In this document: piece after piece, positions 13,517 to 27,183 of the stretch
Layout of the letters: each line of letters starts with the position of its first letter
How positions within the stretch are numbered: the first letter of the stretch is position 1
Made by a program: the position numbers and the translations under genes
The notes under the pieces: model-generated
Told to the model about the DNA's origin: nothing
Database searches by the model: none
Seen by the model: only the letters and a program-made list of their open reading frames with translations
Assembly (NCBI RefSeq): GCF_006345805.1
Contig: NC_042997.1
Coordinates: 20,584,001 to 20,648,000 of the forward strand
DNA: 64,000 nt
Source of the DNA: Octopus sinensis
Taxonomy: Eukaryota
Reading direction: 5' to 3'

Positions 13517-13739
13517 GCATATATATATATACATATATGTATATAATGCATGTATGCATGTATATCTATACACACATACACATTCATAATGTGTGTGCAC
13601 GCATGTGCACATGTGTATGTGTGTGTGCATACACACATATATATATGGAATGACAAAGGACCAAGATATCTAGTGTCTTGCTGTACTCAAGAAGACCTAT
13701 CCTCCACAGCAGAGGTGTTATTGTCACTCCCCCAGCTGA

Positions 13740-13930
13740 AGAGGATTGGCTTTCCAGAGCCCTGTCCTGGTGCCATGTAGAAAGCACCCAAGCACACTCT
13801 GTAAAGTGGTTGGCATTAGGAAGGTCATCCAGCTGTAAAAATCAAACTAAATGAGCCTGGAACCTGATGCAGCTCTCCTGCTTGCCACCTCTAATCAAAC
13901 CATCCAACTCATGCCAACACAGAAAACAGA
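13740..13930 (+). mobile_element. Family C element fragment
   Basis: GTGGTTGGCATTAGGAAGGTCATCCAGCTGTAAAA, reverse complement of the family C core. Confidence 0.65.
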
Positions 13931-14624
13931 CTTCAATGGACTATATTTGGTTATGAAATTTCTTTCTTTCTTGATGCATTGCTGTTGTGATCTGCCATCT
14001 GCAAACTGATATTAGGGAAAGATCACAGAATTTGGTTGTTTCTCACTGGCACATGTCTTTATGTGTTCACTGAATTCTATTTGTTTTCTGCCATTCTCAT
14101 TTGTTATCTATGCAGGAGTCATGCATTGTCATAAGGTCTCTCCCTACATCAACAGTCTCTATTATTTTCGCCACTTCAACTACACAGCATAATCTGCAAC
14201 TACCGTTTCTACAACTGCATCTAATGTAGCCACTATTACTAATACCACTACAATTGTTACTACTACTATTGCCAGCACCATCACAAAAGTCCAACCGTTA
14301 ATAGTCACCCCTTAATACCAACATTGCTATTAAGACACAAAAGACAACTGCCACCGCTAAAACTGTTACTAATTGTTTTATGACCCAGTAGATATCAGAA
14401 GAAAACCAAAGGTTAGTACTATGTGAATTGAATTTTGTAAGTAAATCATATGACCTTCCAAAATCTGATAACATGAAAGATTAATTTAATTTATTTCAAT
14501 TTATTTTCTCTTCTCTTGCAGCATGACTTAAAACAATTGAAACCGGCAGGATATTTTGATAAAAATGTAAATATTGTTTTTCTTTTTTCATGGTGATGTT
14601 ATCAATGTGATTTCTTTTTGTTTT

Positions 14625-14806
14625 TAGTACATACATACATATATACGTATATACACACATACATACATACATGTATGTATGTGTGTATGTATCTATGTAT
14701 GTGTGTATGTACAGATGTATGTATGCATATATGTATGTCATTGTTCAGTTTTATTTCAAGATTTCTTGCCAATAGAGAAAGAGCTGGTTTCTATGATGTA
14801 TATATG

Positions 14807-14840
<34 letters not shown>

Positions 14841-14990
14841 TGTATGTATGTATGTATGTACGTACGTACGTATGTGTGTGTATGTATGTATGTGTGTGTA
14901 TGTATGTATGTGTGTGTTTGTATGTATGTATGTATGTATGTATGTATGTATGTATGTATGTATGTATGTATGTATGTATGTATGTATATG
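14625..14990. repeat. (ATGT)n/(GT)n microsatellite
   Basis: Direct reading. Confidence 0.95.
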
Positions 14991-15173
14991 AAGTGAGAAC
15001 ACAGAGAGAAGCTTTGTGTCTTGTTTGTTCTTTCAGATGTTATATTGTCTATTTAAGAATTATGATTTGTAATTGTTTGCGACTTTTGCTGCTACTTTTC
15101 CCAGTCACTGTTGTCAGCTCATAATTGGAGGCTTTCATGGTATGTTGTTTAGGATATCACAATATTCTTCATG

Positions 15174-15796
15174 GTTTGTAAAGAATAAAATGTTTTGAAT
15201 GGTACAACAATGCACCTTAATACAAAAAAATGGACTATATACCTTTGTAATTTAGTTATCCATAGTCTGATGATATTTCGGAATAAAATTCCATCTTCAG
15301 ATATTCTTAGATGGAGTCAATTATAGCAGCGATTCCATCTAAGAATATCTGAAGAAGGAATTTTATTCCAAAATATCTATTTCTTTACTACCCACAAGGG
15401 GCTAAACACAGAGAGGACAAACACGAACAGACAAACGAATTAAGTCGATTATATCGACCCCAGTGCGTAACTGGTACTTATTTATTCGACCCCAAAAGGA
15501 TGAAAGGCAAAGTTGACCTCGGCAGAATTTGAATTAAGAATGTAGCGGTAGATGAAATACCGCTAAGCATTTTGCCCGGCATGCTAACGTTTCTGCCAGC
15601 TTGCTGCCTTCATTTATTCCGAAATATCATCAGACTATGGATAACTAAATTGACTCCATCTAAGAATATCTGAAGAAAGAATTTTATTCCGAAATATCAT
15701 CGGACTATGGATAACTAATTTACAACAGGTATATAGTCCACTTTTTGTATTATAGTGCATTGTTGTACCATTCAAAACTTTTTATTCTTTACAAAC
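15174..15796. mobile_element. Penelope-like terminal repeat structure: inverted arm plus tandem about 70-bp unit with minimal hammerhead-like cores, interrupted by a SINE
   Basis: 15174-15322 is the reverse complement of about 15649-15796; CTGAAGA-N-GGAAT-TTT-ATTCC-GAAA-TATC motif in three copies. Confidence 0.6.
15378..15610 (-). mobile_element. SINE family B with 16-bp TSD
   Basis: Full-length reverse copy flanked by TTTATTCC(A/G)AAATATC at 15362-15377 and 15613-15628. Confidence 0.85.
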
Positions 15797-15919
15797 AATA
15801 CACAATGCTTCAAGCAAACTACAATACTCTCATACTTCATGGTTCTTCCATTTTTGGAACTCCAGTACAGACACAAAAACATAGATGCATGTATTACTTT
15901 CATTTACTACTTCACAGTA

Positions 15920-16100
15920 GTACACACAAACACACACACACACGCACACACATACACACACATGCACATACACGCATGCACACACACATGCACACACATA
16001 CACACACACATGCACACACACATACATGCATGCACACACATACATGCATGCACACACATACACGCATACACACACATTCCCATGCATGCACACACACACA
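15920..16100. repeat. (CA)n/(CACATG)n microsatellite
   Basis: Direct reading. Confidence 0.9.
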
Positions 16101-16696
16101 TATATCGATAGATAGCTATGAAATGGTACATACAACTCAAGGTACATGACACCTGTTCATCAGAATCGTCATCTTTTATTTATGACAGAAAATGCGGTTG
16201 TTACAGTTCAGGGGATGTAATCTAAATATAGGTAATGGTAAATTATCTCCTTGTCGACTGGCTTAAAGCTATCTGCTATATTCCGTGTAAAAGTATTGAA
16301 ACTCCCTAGTGTAATGAATATACTTGCACACATTTGTATACGGTGAACGTGTTCGGTTATTTCCTTGCATGTATTGGCATACATAAAGAACTTAAGCATT
16401 TGCATGAATAGCACATATTTTATCCCTTGTATTTTATATTTGCTTTTATGCACATATTGTGCTTACATACATTCAGATGGCATTCGTAGATCTCCATGTA
16501 CATACAGAAATTCAATTACTCATATACACACCCAGTATAGCCAGCATCATCTTCTGATGCATATATATACATAGACACATAGAAAATGGTACTGCACACA
16601 CATATGCCTGCATATTTACGAGCACACAGGAATTCAGTGTAAAATGCTTAGTACACATGCAGGTAATACTCTTTCTACTATAGGTATGGGGCTTGA

Positions 16697-16877
16697 GATT
16701 TTGGTGGGTGGAGCTGGTCAATTAAATCACCCCAGTGCTCAACTGGTACTTATTACATTGGTCCCCAAATGGATGAAAAGCAAAGTTGACTTTGACAGTA
16801 TTTCAACACAGGGCATAAAGAGCTGGAATAAATGTCACTATGCATTTTGTCTGATGCTCTAACAACTCTGCCAACTT
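16697..16877 (-). mobile_element. SINE family B, diverged
   Basis: CCCCAGTGCTCAACTGGTACTTAT...GGATGAAAAGCAAAGTTGAC. Confidence 0.7.
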
Positions 16878-17425
16878 CATCATCATCATCATCATCATCA
16901 TCATTGTTTAACGTCCGCTTTCCATGCTAGCATGGGTTTGGACGATTTGACTGAGGGCTGGCGAATCAGATGGCGGCACCAGGTTCCAATCTTGATCTGG
17001 CAGAGTTTCTACAGCTGGATGCCCTTCCTAACGCCAACCACTCCGAGAGTGTAGTGGGTGCTTTTTACATGCCACTGGCACGAGGGCCAGTCAGGTGGTA
17101 CTGGCAATGACCTCACTCGAATCTTTTTACACAAGCCACCGGCACAGGTGCCAGTAAGGCGACGCTGGTAATGATCACGCTCGAATGGTGCCGTTTATGG
17201 AAGCCAGTTAGCCGCTCCGGCAACAATCATGCTCGGATGGTGCTCTTAGCACCCTACTAGCACGGGCACAAGTGCCAGTAAGGCGATGCTGGTAATGATC
17301 ACACTCAAATGGTGCCTTTTATGTGCCACTGGCATGGAAACCGGTTAGCCACTCTGTCAACGATCACACATGTATGGTGCTCTTTGCACCACACTAGCAT
17401 GGATGCCAGTCATCGAATTTGATTT
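16878..17425 (-). mobile_element. Family C element with internal tandem subrepeats
   Basis: (CAT)n tail, core motif, repeated GCCAGTAAGGCGA(C/T)GCTGGTAATGATCAC units. Confidence 0.8.
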
Positions 17426-17446
17426 TATTATGTAGATAATATTATA

Positions 17447-17655
17447 GGTGAGCTGGTCAAATTGTTAGCAAGCTGGGAAAAGTGCTTAGCTGCATTATGT
17501 TCTTCACATTCTGAGTTAAAATTCTGCCAAGGTCAACTTTGCCTTTCATCATTTTGGGGTTGATAAAATAAGTACCAGTCAATTACTGTGGCTGGTGTAA
17601 TTGACTTTCTCCTTCCCCACAAATTGCTGGCCTTTTGCCAAAATTTGAAGCTGGC
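17447..17655 (+). mobile_element. SINE family B
   Basis: TTCTGAGTTAAATTCTGCCAAGGTCAACTTTGCCTTTCATC core. Confidence 0.75.
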
Positions 17656-17890
17656 ATTGTACATATAGTCTATATGTACCCAGTGATAATCATATGTATC
17701 TGTGGTGTGATTAGGCATACATACACCTCTATCTAAAACATGCATACATACCTCTGTAGGCTTATGCAATGTCTAAAGAATGACATATGGTTGTCTATGC
17801 ATCCATAGACCTTCTACATATTTGCATCAGCTTGTGTGGATACACCAGCACATTTTGTAATTAAGTACACACTAGAAGCAAGAGGAAATA

Positions 17891-18778
17891 TTTGGTCTGT
17901 TCAATAAGTCTCCAGACTATTGACATAGTAACGAAGCTAAAGTATGCATAGTAAAGCTGCATGACACAGATTGACCTTGAACTTTGTTGTGCACGTGCAC
18001 TAAGTTTTAACCTTCTAGCTTACTTCCGTTGTTTACAGCAATGCTTGGAAGGAAGGTGTGTAGCATGTGATCGTCGCATTGATAATAACAGAGAAAGTTG
18101 AGCAGGGAATCAGCATCAAATTTTGCCAAAAGCTTGGTGATACCTGCTCAGACACTTACGCAAAATTTTCAAACAGTTTTCATTGTTTTCGATACAATCA
18201 AGGAGATCTTGGGCAACTGAAACCCAAGTGTCTTTTGGGTCAGCTGAAAGCAGTTTTGGCACAAACTTAGTAGACATGTGTCTCATACCCAAATCTTCAG
18301 TGATAATAGATTGAACCGAGCCTTGACTAATCTGCACATCTTATGATATCTCATGGATAGTGATTTAATGATTTCTCCTCACAGCTGCATGCATATCTGT
18401 GATGTTTTTCTCAGTTTTGCTCGTTGCAAGTCTCCCAGAATGTTCGTCAATATCGACATTTTTTCGGCCATCTTGGAAATGTTTGACCTACTAATACACT
18501 TGTGTGCAGCTTATATGCTTCTCTCCGTACACTTTCTGCAACTTTGCGTAGGCCTCTGAGCAGGTATCACCATGACAACTTTCTCTGTCATGGTCAATGC
18601 GACAATCACATACTACACACGTTCTTTCCAAGCACTACTGTAGACAGCAGAAGTGAGCTAGAACATTAAAACTTAGTGTGCATGCACAACATAGATTAAA
18701 GTCAATTTGTGCCAAGCAGCTTCACTCTTTAGCTTTGTTACTATGGCAACAGTTTGGATACTTATTGATCAGACCTCA
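17891..18778. mobile_element. Fold-back mariner derivative made of two facing 5' ends
   Basis: TA-flanked ends; left 17891-18177 (+) and right 18178-18778 (-) both carry the TIR, 5'UTR and transposase N-terminus (EKVEQGISIKFCQKLGDTCS; QISQGSVQSIITEDLGMRHMSTKFVPKLL); no DDD domain. Confidence 0.8.
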
Positions 18779-20287
18779 TATTACCTGTAATAATCAGAAA
18801 AATTCAGTCCCAAGAAAACAAAAGCTGTAAGGATGCCTTCCTCACTGACAACTCTGTCCATAAGTGAATTACATCTGTTCAAATAACGTCAAGTATGCTC
18901 AAAAACCAAGATTTGTCACAGAGCAACTGATTACAGAAGGGTTCAAATTAAGATTAAAGATAGTCCTAAAATACTGAACTGCATTGGTCATTTAATGTTG
19001 ATTTTGTGTGTGATATTGCCTTGGAAATGCAAGTCTGGTTAGTCCCATTATGTACAAAATAGACCCGGTTATCAGTCTCTCTTTATATCATATTTTTGAC
19101 AAAATGAAAGTCCTTAACTTGCTACCATAGTTACCCATTAAAATTACAATATTTTCCTGCAGGTATTAAAATACTTAACAGAATCTTCACATTTCTAATA
19201 GCCTGGGTGTAAACATAAATAGATCTATCTTCAAGTTACCATAAATTTCTTAACCTGAAACATCATTGTTATTGATGGTGATAATGATTTTGCAATTCAT
19301 TCTACTCATCATTGAGAAATTATTTCTTAGTTTGCAATGGCTGTGTGAATGTTTGAAACAGATCTTAATAAGACTAACTTTCCAAACTACTAATTTCACT
19401 CATTATAATCATTCATAACAGCCCATCTCAGATATTTTGACATTTAATATATAGTCTTGATATTCTACCAGGAAAATAATAGTTTATATGAATTGTATAT
19501 CAATGTGGATAAAAGATGAAGTTGAGATAAGCTAAAAGAGGAAAAATAGTTACAAGATGACCAAAAAAAAAAAAGAAAGAAAGAATGTAGGGAGACGTAG
19601 TAAAGAATTACCTCAGGGTGCTAAAACTTATGAAGGATGACAATGAACTGATACAAATAGCTAGACAATCTACATGAGTAGACTTGTCCAACATATGGAA
19701 GCATACAAATAAACATAAAATGATGTGATTCAAACAAAATCACAAATCTTCAGACAAAGGTATTTTTGAGGTATGAATGAAGCATTAAATTTCTAAGGAC
19801 ATTCTGAATGGAACCAAAATGAAGATAAGGCACCCAAACATAAGGCATGAAATATATCGTTTATTGGAGTACTGGTGTACTTTTTCTAGGTTTTATTAAG
19901 GAAGTTTCTGATGCAGCATATGCATGTATTTATATATTAATAGATGCATGTATATGTATGTACATGTATATACAGATGTATATAGTCATGTGTATATACA
20001 TGTATGCATCCACAAATGTATACATATCAGGGACTTATATTCTGGGTGTGTTAGGTGTGCACTGCCCATCCATCAAAAATGGCAAATTCCTTATAAATAT
20101 TAACCTTACTCATTAATTTTAATCACAAATCTTAATGGAAAGCTTTTGTTATACTTTTGTTATACAAAGCTTGACATTTTGGTGGTATTAGGTTTGGCAG
20201 AATACCCAATACAACAATCACCATATATAGGCACAAGTACATACATCGGTACATATACATATATAGGCACATATACATATATAGGCA

Positions 20288-20622
20288 TGAAGGCACATGG
20301 CTCAGTGGTTAGAGTGTTGAGCTTACAATCATGAGGTTGTGAGCTTGAATCCCGGACCAGGCTGTGTTGTGCTCTTAAGCAAGACACTTTATTTCACGTT
20401 GCTCCAGTTCACTCAGCTGTAGAAATGAGTTGCAACATCACAGGTGCCAAGCTGTATCGGCCATTGCCTTTCCCTTGGATAACACTGGTGGCGTGGAGAG
20501 GGGAGGCCGGTATGCATGGGCGACTGCTGGTCTTCCATAAACAACCTTGCCTGGACTTGTGCCTGGGAGGGTAACTTTCTGGGTGCAATCCAATGGTCTG
20601 TATCGTGACCAAAGGAGGTCTC
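20288..20622 (+). mobile_element. tRNA-headed SINE family D
   Basis: A box TGGCTCAGTGG, B-box-like GCTTGAATCCC, CTTAAGCAAGACACTTTATTTCACGTTGCTCCAG body; sister copy 36790-37140. Confidence 0.8.
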
Positions 20623-21224
20623 AGAACATATATAGGCATAAGTAAATATATAAGTTCATATACATAGACAAGTATGAGTGTCATTGCATATGAGAATCAT
20701 CATTTAAACATCTTGAATGTTTTACATATTTTGACAGTGCCTTTGATAGCTTGTAGCTGTAATCTTTTGATTATACATGTTCTGTCTGGTTTTGTAAAAC
20801 CTAGCTTCCAAAGATTAATACTGAAGCATTTAGTCAATTTCCCCAATAATTATTGTTATATAAGTGAACCAAGTACCTGCAGATTTCTCATCATTTCAGC
20901 ATAGTTCCTCTTTTTTTCTTATTTTTACAAATCTTTAACGTTATGTTGACATTGGCTGGGCGACTGATTTCAACTGCGGTGAATACTTCCTTTTATCTGC
21001 GCAGATCAATATGTGCAATTACATCATGTGCAGTTTTGAAACTTTCTGGAAATACCCTGCATACTTACATACATATGTGCATCACATACATATATAAAAA
21101 AATATAAATAGGTTAGATGCATTACATACATGCAATCATACATATAATAGATCTAAATAGGTATATGCATTACATATATGCAATCATACATAAACACATA
21201 ACTACAGACATATAAATATGTAAC

Positions 21225-21288
<64 letters not shown>

Positions 21289-21854
21289 TGTGTGTGCTAG
21301 TGTGTGTGTATCTATTCTTTGAGGAGAGACATAAATATGTTCAAACAATTTACTGCTGTAAAGTATCATCTGGTTAATAAAAGAATATTGGCTATGCATC
21401 AATAATGCATTAAATACTTTCTCAAGTTATAGTTTACTCTACTTATGAACTTGATTTACAACATGTACATATATGTGTGTGTGTGTGCGTGTGCATGCAT
21501 GCACATGTGTGTGCATGTGCATGTGTGCACATGTGTGTGCATATATGTGTGTGTTTAGATGCATGTGTACATACTTTATATAAGAACATATCTTTAGCTT
21601 CACTCACAAACAGTTTTGGATTAAAACTCCTGGAGAGAATAATGGTCCAAACGACTATAGAATTGTAATTTCTACATTGCTAGATCTCACCAATATTGGT
21701 GTGGCTAAAGCATACCTTACCATTCTTATTAATAACATGTCAGACAATTCCAGAATATATCGTTTGGTATTGCAAATTTTGTAATTAGTATTTGAGGAAA
21801 ACTATTTAGGAATGTGCAATGTATAATATTTGGTTAGTTCTCATCAACATTATC

Positions 21855-22345
21855 ATCATCATCGTCGTCATCTTTTAACGTCTGTTTTCCATGTTGGCAT
21901 GGGTTGGACGGTTTGACTGAGGTCTGGAAAGCCAGAGGCTGCACCAGGCTCCAATCTGATCTGGCAATGTTTCTACAGTTGGATGTCCTTCCTAACGCCA
22001 ACCACTCCGAGAGTGTAGTGGCTGCTTTATACATGCCACCAGCACAGGAGCTAGTCAGGCGGCCCTGGCATCGATCATGTTCAGATGGTGCTTTTTACAT
22101 GCCACTGGCATGGGAGCCAGTCAGGGAGAACTGATATCAACCACATTCAGATTGTTGTTTTCATGTGCCACCGACATAAGTGCCAGTTAGTGGGCACTGG
22201 CATCAACAACATTCAGATGGTTCATTTTACATACCACCAACATTAGTGCCAATTAGGGGGCACTGGCATCAACTATGTTCGGATGGTGCATTTAACAAGC
22301 CACCAGCATGGGAGCCAGTCAGGGGGCACTGGCCACAGCTAAAAT
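21855..22345 (-). mobile_element. Family C element with degenerate internal repeats
   Basis: (CAT)n tail, core, repeated CACTGGCATC...CAGATGGTGC units. Confidence 0.8.
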
Positions 22346-22546
22346 ATCGACAACCTCATTCTAAAATAGTTTTATAGTTATACTCCTGTAAATAATATGT
22401 AAGCTTAATAAGGGGGGATATCATGATTTTGACCTATTTACCTACCTGAGTTTCAACAGTTTTAGTGTTTTTTTATCTTAATGTTGAATGATTTTGATGG
22501 TGTTCCTCCCATCATAATCTGTAATTTTATGAAGTAACTTAGCCTC

Positions 22547-22794
22547 ATTCATCCCCATCTCTCTACATGGAATTATCGAAGCCAATGAGAGAAGTGCTAT
22601 GTGATCATTTGGCCTTCTGAAAATGGCAGTCAAATCTCCCCAAATTATATCCTAGCATCTTTAAATGAGAGTGGTGCATTGGATAGAATAGTACTGAAAA
22701 TGCAAAGTACCAAGAGAAGGACTGGAGGGAGAAGAAACTGGAATGCTTTACGCTATATATCTGCTTGATCAGAATTAACCTGAAACCAAATAAC
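22547..22794 (+). repeat. Left arm of about 250-bp inverted repeat (right arm 24134-24381)
   Basis: GATCATTTGGCCTTCTGAAAATGGCAGTCAAATCTCC...GATCAGAATTAACCTGAAAC found reverse-complemented at 24134-24381. Confidence 0.9.
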
Positions 22795-22904
22795 AACAAC
22801 AATAAAAACACTAACATGGAAACATTTAGGTAAATATTTCCCTCTGACCTTCCCAACTACCTCACTGTTTACCTTCATTTCAAGCATAGCTTGTGATAGG
22901 GCTG

Positions 22905-23073
22905 CAGTGGCATAGCTAGGGTGTGTGCTGCCTTGGGCAGTTTGCCTTCCCCATTCTACCAAAGGGTGATACAATCCATACAGGCTTATGCACCAGACCC
23001 AAAAATGCTTCCCCTCCATAAAAGCATCACCTGAGGTGGACTGCCACTTGACCACTCCTTTGCTACACTGCTG
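22905..23073. mobile_element. hAT-like MITE
   Basis: TIR CAGTGGCATAGCTAGG / CCTTTGCTACACTGCTG; 8-bp flanks TAGGGCTG / TCAGGCTG (6/8 match). Confidence 0.6.
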
Positions 23074-23122
23074 TCAGGCTGCTCTTTCTTTTTTTAGGGC
23101 CAACAGTTTGGTTTCAATAGAG

Positions 23123-23341
23123 CAGTGGTTTTCAACCAGGGTTCCGCGGAACCTTAGGGTTCCGCCAGTACAGTCCAAGGGTTCCGCAAGAAGTTACAAA
23201 ACTGCTAAAATCGGCAGTAATTTTTAATTCTCCTGTGCAGATATGTGTGCATAAGACTATTATATTATTGCATAGGGGTTCCTGAAGCCAGTGGAATGTT
23301 TCCTTGGGTCTCCGCTCCAGCAAAAAGTTTGAAAAGCACTG
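23123..23341. mobile_element. hAT (Charlie-like) MITE
   Basis: TIR CAGTGGTTTTCAAC / TTTGAAAAGCACTG; perfect 8-bp TSD CAATAGAG. Confidence 0.9.
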
Positions 23342-24390
23342 CAATAGAGAAAGAGTTAACAAACATGCTTACTTATTTCTTGAGCAAAACACTTCATTTC
23401 ACGTTGCTCCAGTCCACTCAGTTGGCAAAAATGAGTAACGCTGCGATGGACTGGTGTCCCGTCCAGCTGGGGAACACATACACTATTAAAATTGGGAAAC
23501 TGGGCCCATGAGCCTGGCTAGGCTTTAAAAGGGCGCCTTTATTTTTTATTTTTACTTATTTCACATGCTACTATCACACCTTTAAGAACTTCCAAAATTG
23601 CCCTTCAAAGTTGTACCTGTTTTTATCAATTTTTGATCAGCATGTGCCTATAGGAACATTAGCAAAGTTATATTTCAAAGGCTTCATCTTTCCTTTAGAG
23701 CTGAGCAGTTGCTGGCTCTATAGAAGGCACAAGTGCACCCAAATAGTACTTCTTACATGTATAGTTTTGTAAAGCTCTACATAAAAACAACATCCTACAA
23801 GAATCTTTTTGACTGATATTGAAACCTTCACTCATTAAGACACTGCAACCTCTAGCAAACTGACATACAATATCCTTATATCCTTTCAGTTTTTTCCTAT
23901 CAATATTATTGTTTCTGGTTTGAAGTAGCAAGCTGTGTACTACCAATCTACATGCCTCTCCTTTTCCTCCTTGCCCTTACTATATCTTACACCTAAACAT
24001 TTTGACCAAACCTTTACCATAGGGATTGTTATTATCTGGAACTTCCTTTCTAACTGTTTCTTACACAAGCAATACTAAACTGAATATCAATGGCATCACC
24101 CTACCTAACTAAGCACGCTTTCAGATTTTAAAGGTTATTCAGTTTCAGGTTAATTCTGATCAAGCAGATATATGGTGTAAAGCATCCCAGTTTCTTCTCC
24201 CTCCAATCCTTCTCTTGGTACTTTGCATTTTCAGTACTATTCTATCCAATGCGTCACTCTCATTTAAAGATGATAGGATATAATTTGAGGAGATTTGACT
24301 GCCATTTTCAGAAGGCCAAATGATCACATAGTACTTCTCTCATTGGCTTGTATAATTCCACGTAGAGAGATAAAGATGAATAAGTTGGCT

Positions 24391-24863
24391 CCATCATCAA
24401 GAAGTGGGGGTGGGGACATTGGCATGTCAAAACATTGCTTGAAATAACATTCAAAACATTAAAATGTACACAAATGAAGTTAACATTAAAACATTCACAA
24501 GCAAATTAAATAAGCTATGAACAAACAAACCAATAGGAGTTGCTAGAAATAACAGTCAAGACATTGTTTAAAACAGGCATTTATTAGTTTAAAATATTCA
24601 AGAATGAAAGTTTGCAATACACTCTATGATTTTATAGAATAAACTAGCTGGCCCCGTGCCATCAAAAATGACAGCTAATTGTAGTATTTTATATATAAAT
24701 ATGGATGGTAAATCAAATTAATAGACTTGTCAGTGTTCATATACATTCACATACTTCCCTTGTACATGCACACATACACATGTACTCATACAGAGTTGAA
24801 ACGCTGTTTGATTTTTCTTTTCAGCATTGAATGTTCACTATCTCACCAGTTTGTCATCACCCC
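24391..24863 (+). repeat. About 480-bp direct duplication (second copy about 28992-29480)
   Basis: Long collinear identity from CATCA(A/G)GAAGTG...GGCATGTCAAAACATT to GTTT(G)(T/C)CATCACCC. Confidence 0.9.
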
Positions 24864-25081
24864 TGGGATTAAAATATGGGAAAAGGAATGACCTCTCTTG
24901 TCCAAGCTACTTAAAACCCGAATTAGGAATACCACTAGTTTTCTTATAAGATGACAAATGGTCATGTAGTACTTTTGCTTTAAGTATAAGAAACTGAATG
25001 GATTTCATGGCTTTAATAAGACCATTAATAATATAAATATTGTTTGATAGCTACAGGTGGAACTGAAAGCTTATTCATAAA

Positions 25082-25249
25082 CAGGACTGGCAAGTACCTT
25101 ACTAATATTCTATGAAAAAAATCAAACAATTTGAAATCTAAACTAAATTTTAATAGTCTGCTACCAGGACTGGCAAGTACCTTACTAATATTCTATGAAA
25201 AAAATCAAACAATTTGAAATCTAAACTAAATTTTAATAGTCTGCTACCA
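25082..25249 (+). repeat. Exact 83-bp tandem duplication
   Basis: CAGGACTGGCAAGTACC...TAGTCTGCTAC twice, period 83. Confidence 0.95.
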
Positions 25250-25505
25250 TAACCATTCAACAGTCATATTTGTCATTACATAAATTCATTTTAACACATC
25301 ACCTAAAATCTAATTTCGAGAAAAATTCTAATATTGCTTCTTTGAAGTGGATTAATGAAATTTGGGACTATGAAAACTAATAAGAACCAGCCAATCAAAG
25401 CCAGTTGTTGACTTAGAATATATTATAGAAAAATATTGAGAATTGATAATTAATTAACTTTCTGATACTTATCTGTCTTTTTCCTTCGTTCATTTTTTTT
25501 ATTAT

Positions 25506-25742
<237 letters not shown>

Positions 25743-26249
25743 GTGTGCAAACGTGTCTGAAGCTTCTATAGGCTTTGAACTTCGTTATTGCTCATTAAAT
25801 TCTGTAAGCAAGTTAAACTGCTGTTGTATCTGTCTCTGTCATGATCATAATGTGTCTGTCTCTTTCCATAACCCTCTTTCTCCCTCTCACACACTTAAGT
25901 GAGTCACAACTCTATGAACGTTAACTACCAAGGGAGAGAATACTATAAAGGTCTAGTTTTTCCCCCTAAGGTATTTCAGGTTGCATGAGTCATCTGAATC
26001 TCTAGGCCATAAACAAAGGGAATCTATCCTCTAAAGAGAAGTACTCTGTTTGCCAAATAAATCATTCATGCTTAAATGTATATGGGCCATCTTGAATCTG
26101 GTTTAGTCATTTAATCAAAATAAATCAATCAATATCTACTTGTCTGATATGCTTCGCTTGCACATATTTTTATGTATAAATCTATGCTGGTAAGGATTTA
26201 TTTATGTGTCTATATATGAACTGGTCTCTTTAATGTGTTGGTATGCCTG

Positions 26250-26885
26250 TATAAACACACTCCCACACACCACATACCCCACATCACATGTCCACAACAC
26301 GTATGTACACGCATACAAGCTCACCTGCACAGATACTCTCTGTCACGTACACACATACACACACATACACACACACTCTCATATGCACTCACATACGCAA
26401 ACACTTTCTGTCATATACACACATGCTCATATACATACACTCTTATATGCACTCACATGCACAGATACTTTTTTGTCACATACATACAGGTGCACACACA
26501 CACACACACACTCTCTCTCTCTCTATCTATCTGTCTTTCTCCCTCTCTCTCGCTCTCTCTCATATGCATACAACACAAAAATACATGCATACATATATAT
26601 CTACCTACCTATATACATACATAATACATACATACATACATACAAACAAACATACATACATACATACATACATGCAAACATACATACATAATACATACAT
26701 ACAAACATACATACATACATACATACATACAAACATACAAACATACATACATAATACATACATACATACATACATACATACATACATACATGCATACATG
26801 CATACATACATACATACATACATACATACATACATACATACATACATACATGCAAACATACATACATAATACATACATACATAAA
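26250..26885. repeat. (CA)n and (CATA)n microsatellite field
   Basis: Direct reading; source of the HT/YV-rich ORFs. Confidence 0.95.
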
Positions 26886-27183
26886 ACATATATTTATTGG
26901 ATTTGAAGTATATAGAGAGCAATATTTATTAGGTGTATATCAAGAGATGTATTCAGACTTTCAATTCAAATAAGTTGTATATATTACCTAACTAATTAAT
27001 ACAAGATATTATGTCAATTTAATGATAGTATTAAGCATGGAATTTAATACTTCAGATTTTACATTTTCCACTGATTTAACAATAATTGCTATTCACATTT
27101 TGAACATTAACATTGATAGTTGGAATTTTTGTACTTCAACAGAATCCACTTCTTTTAAGTAATATATTATCATATATTTTATT

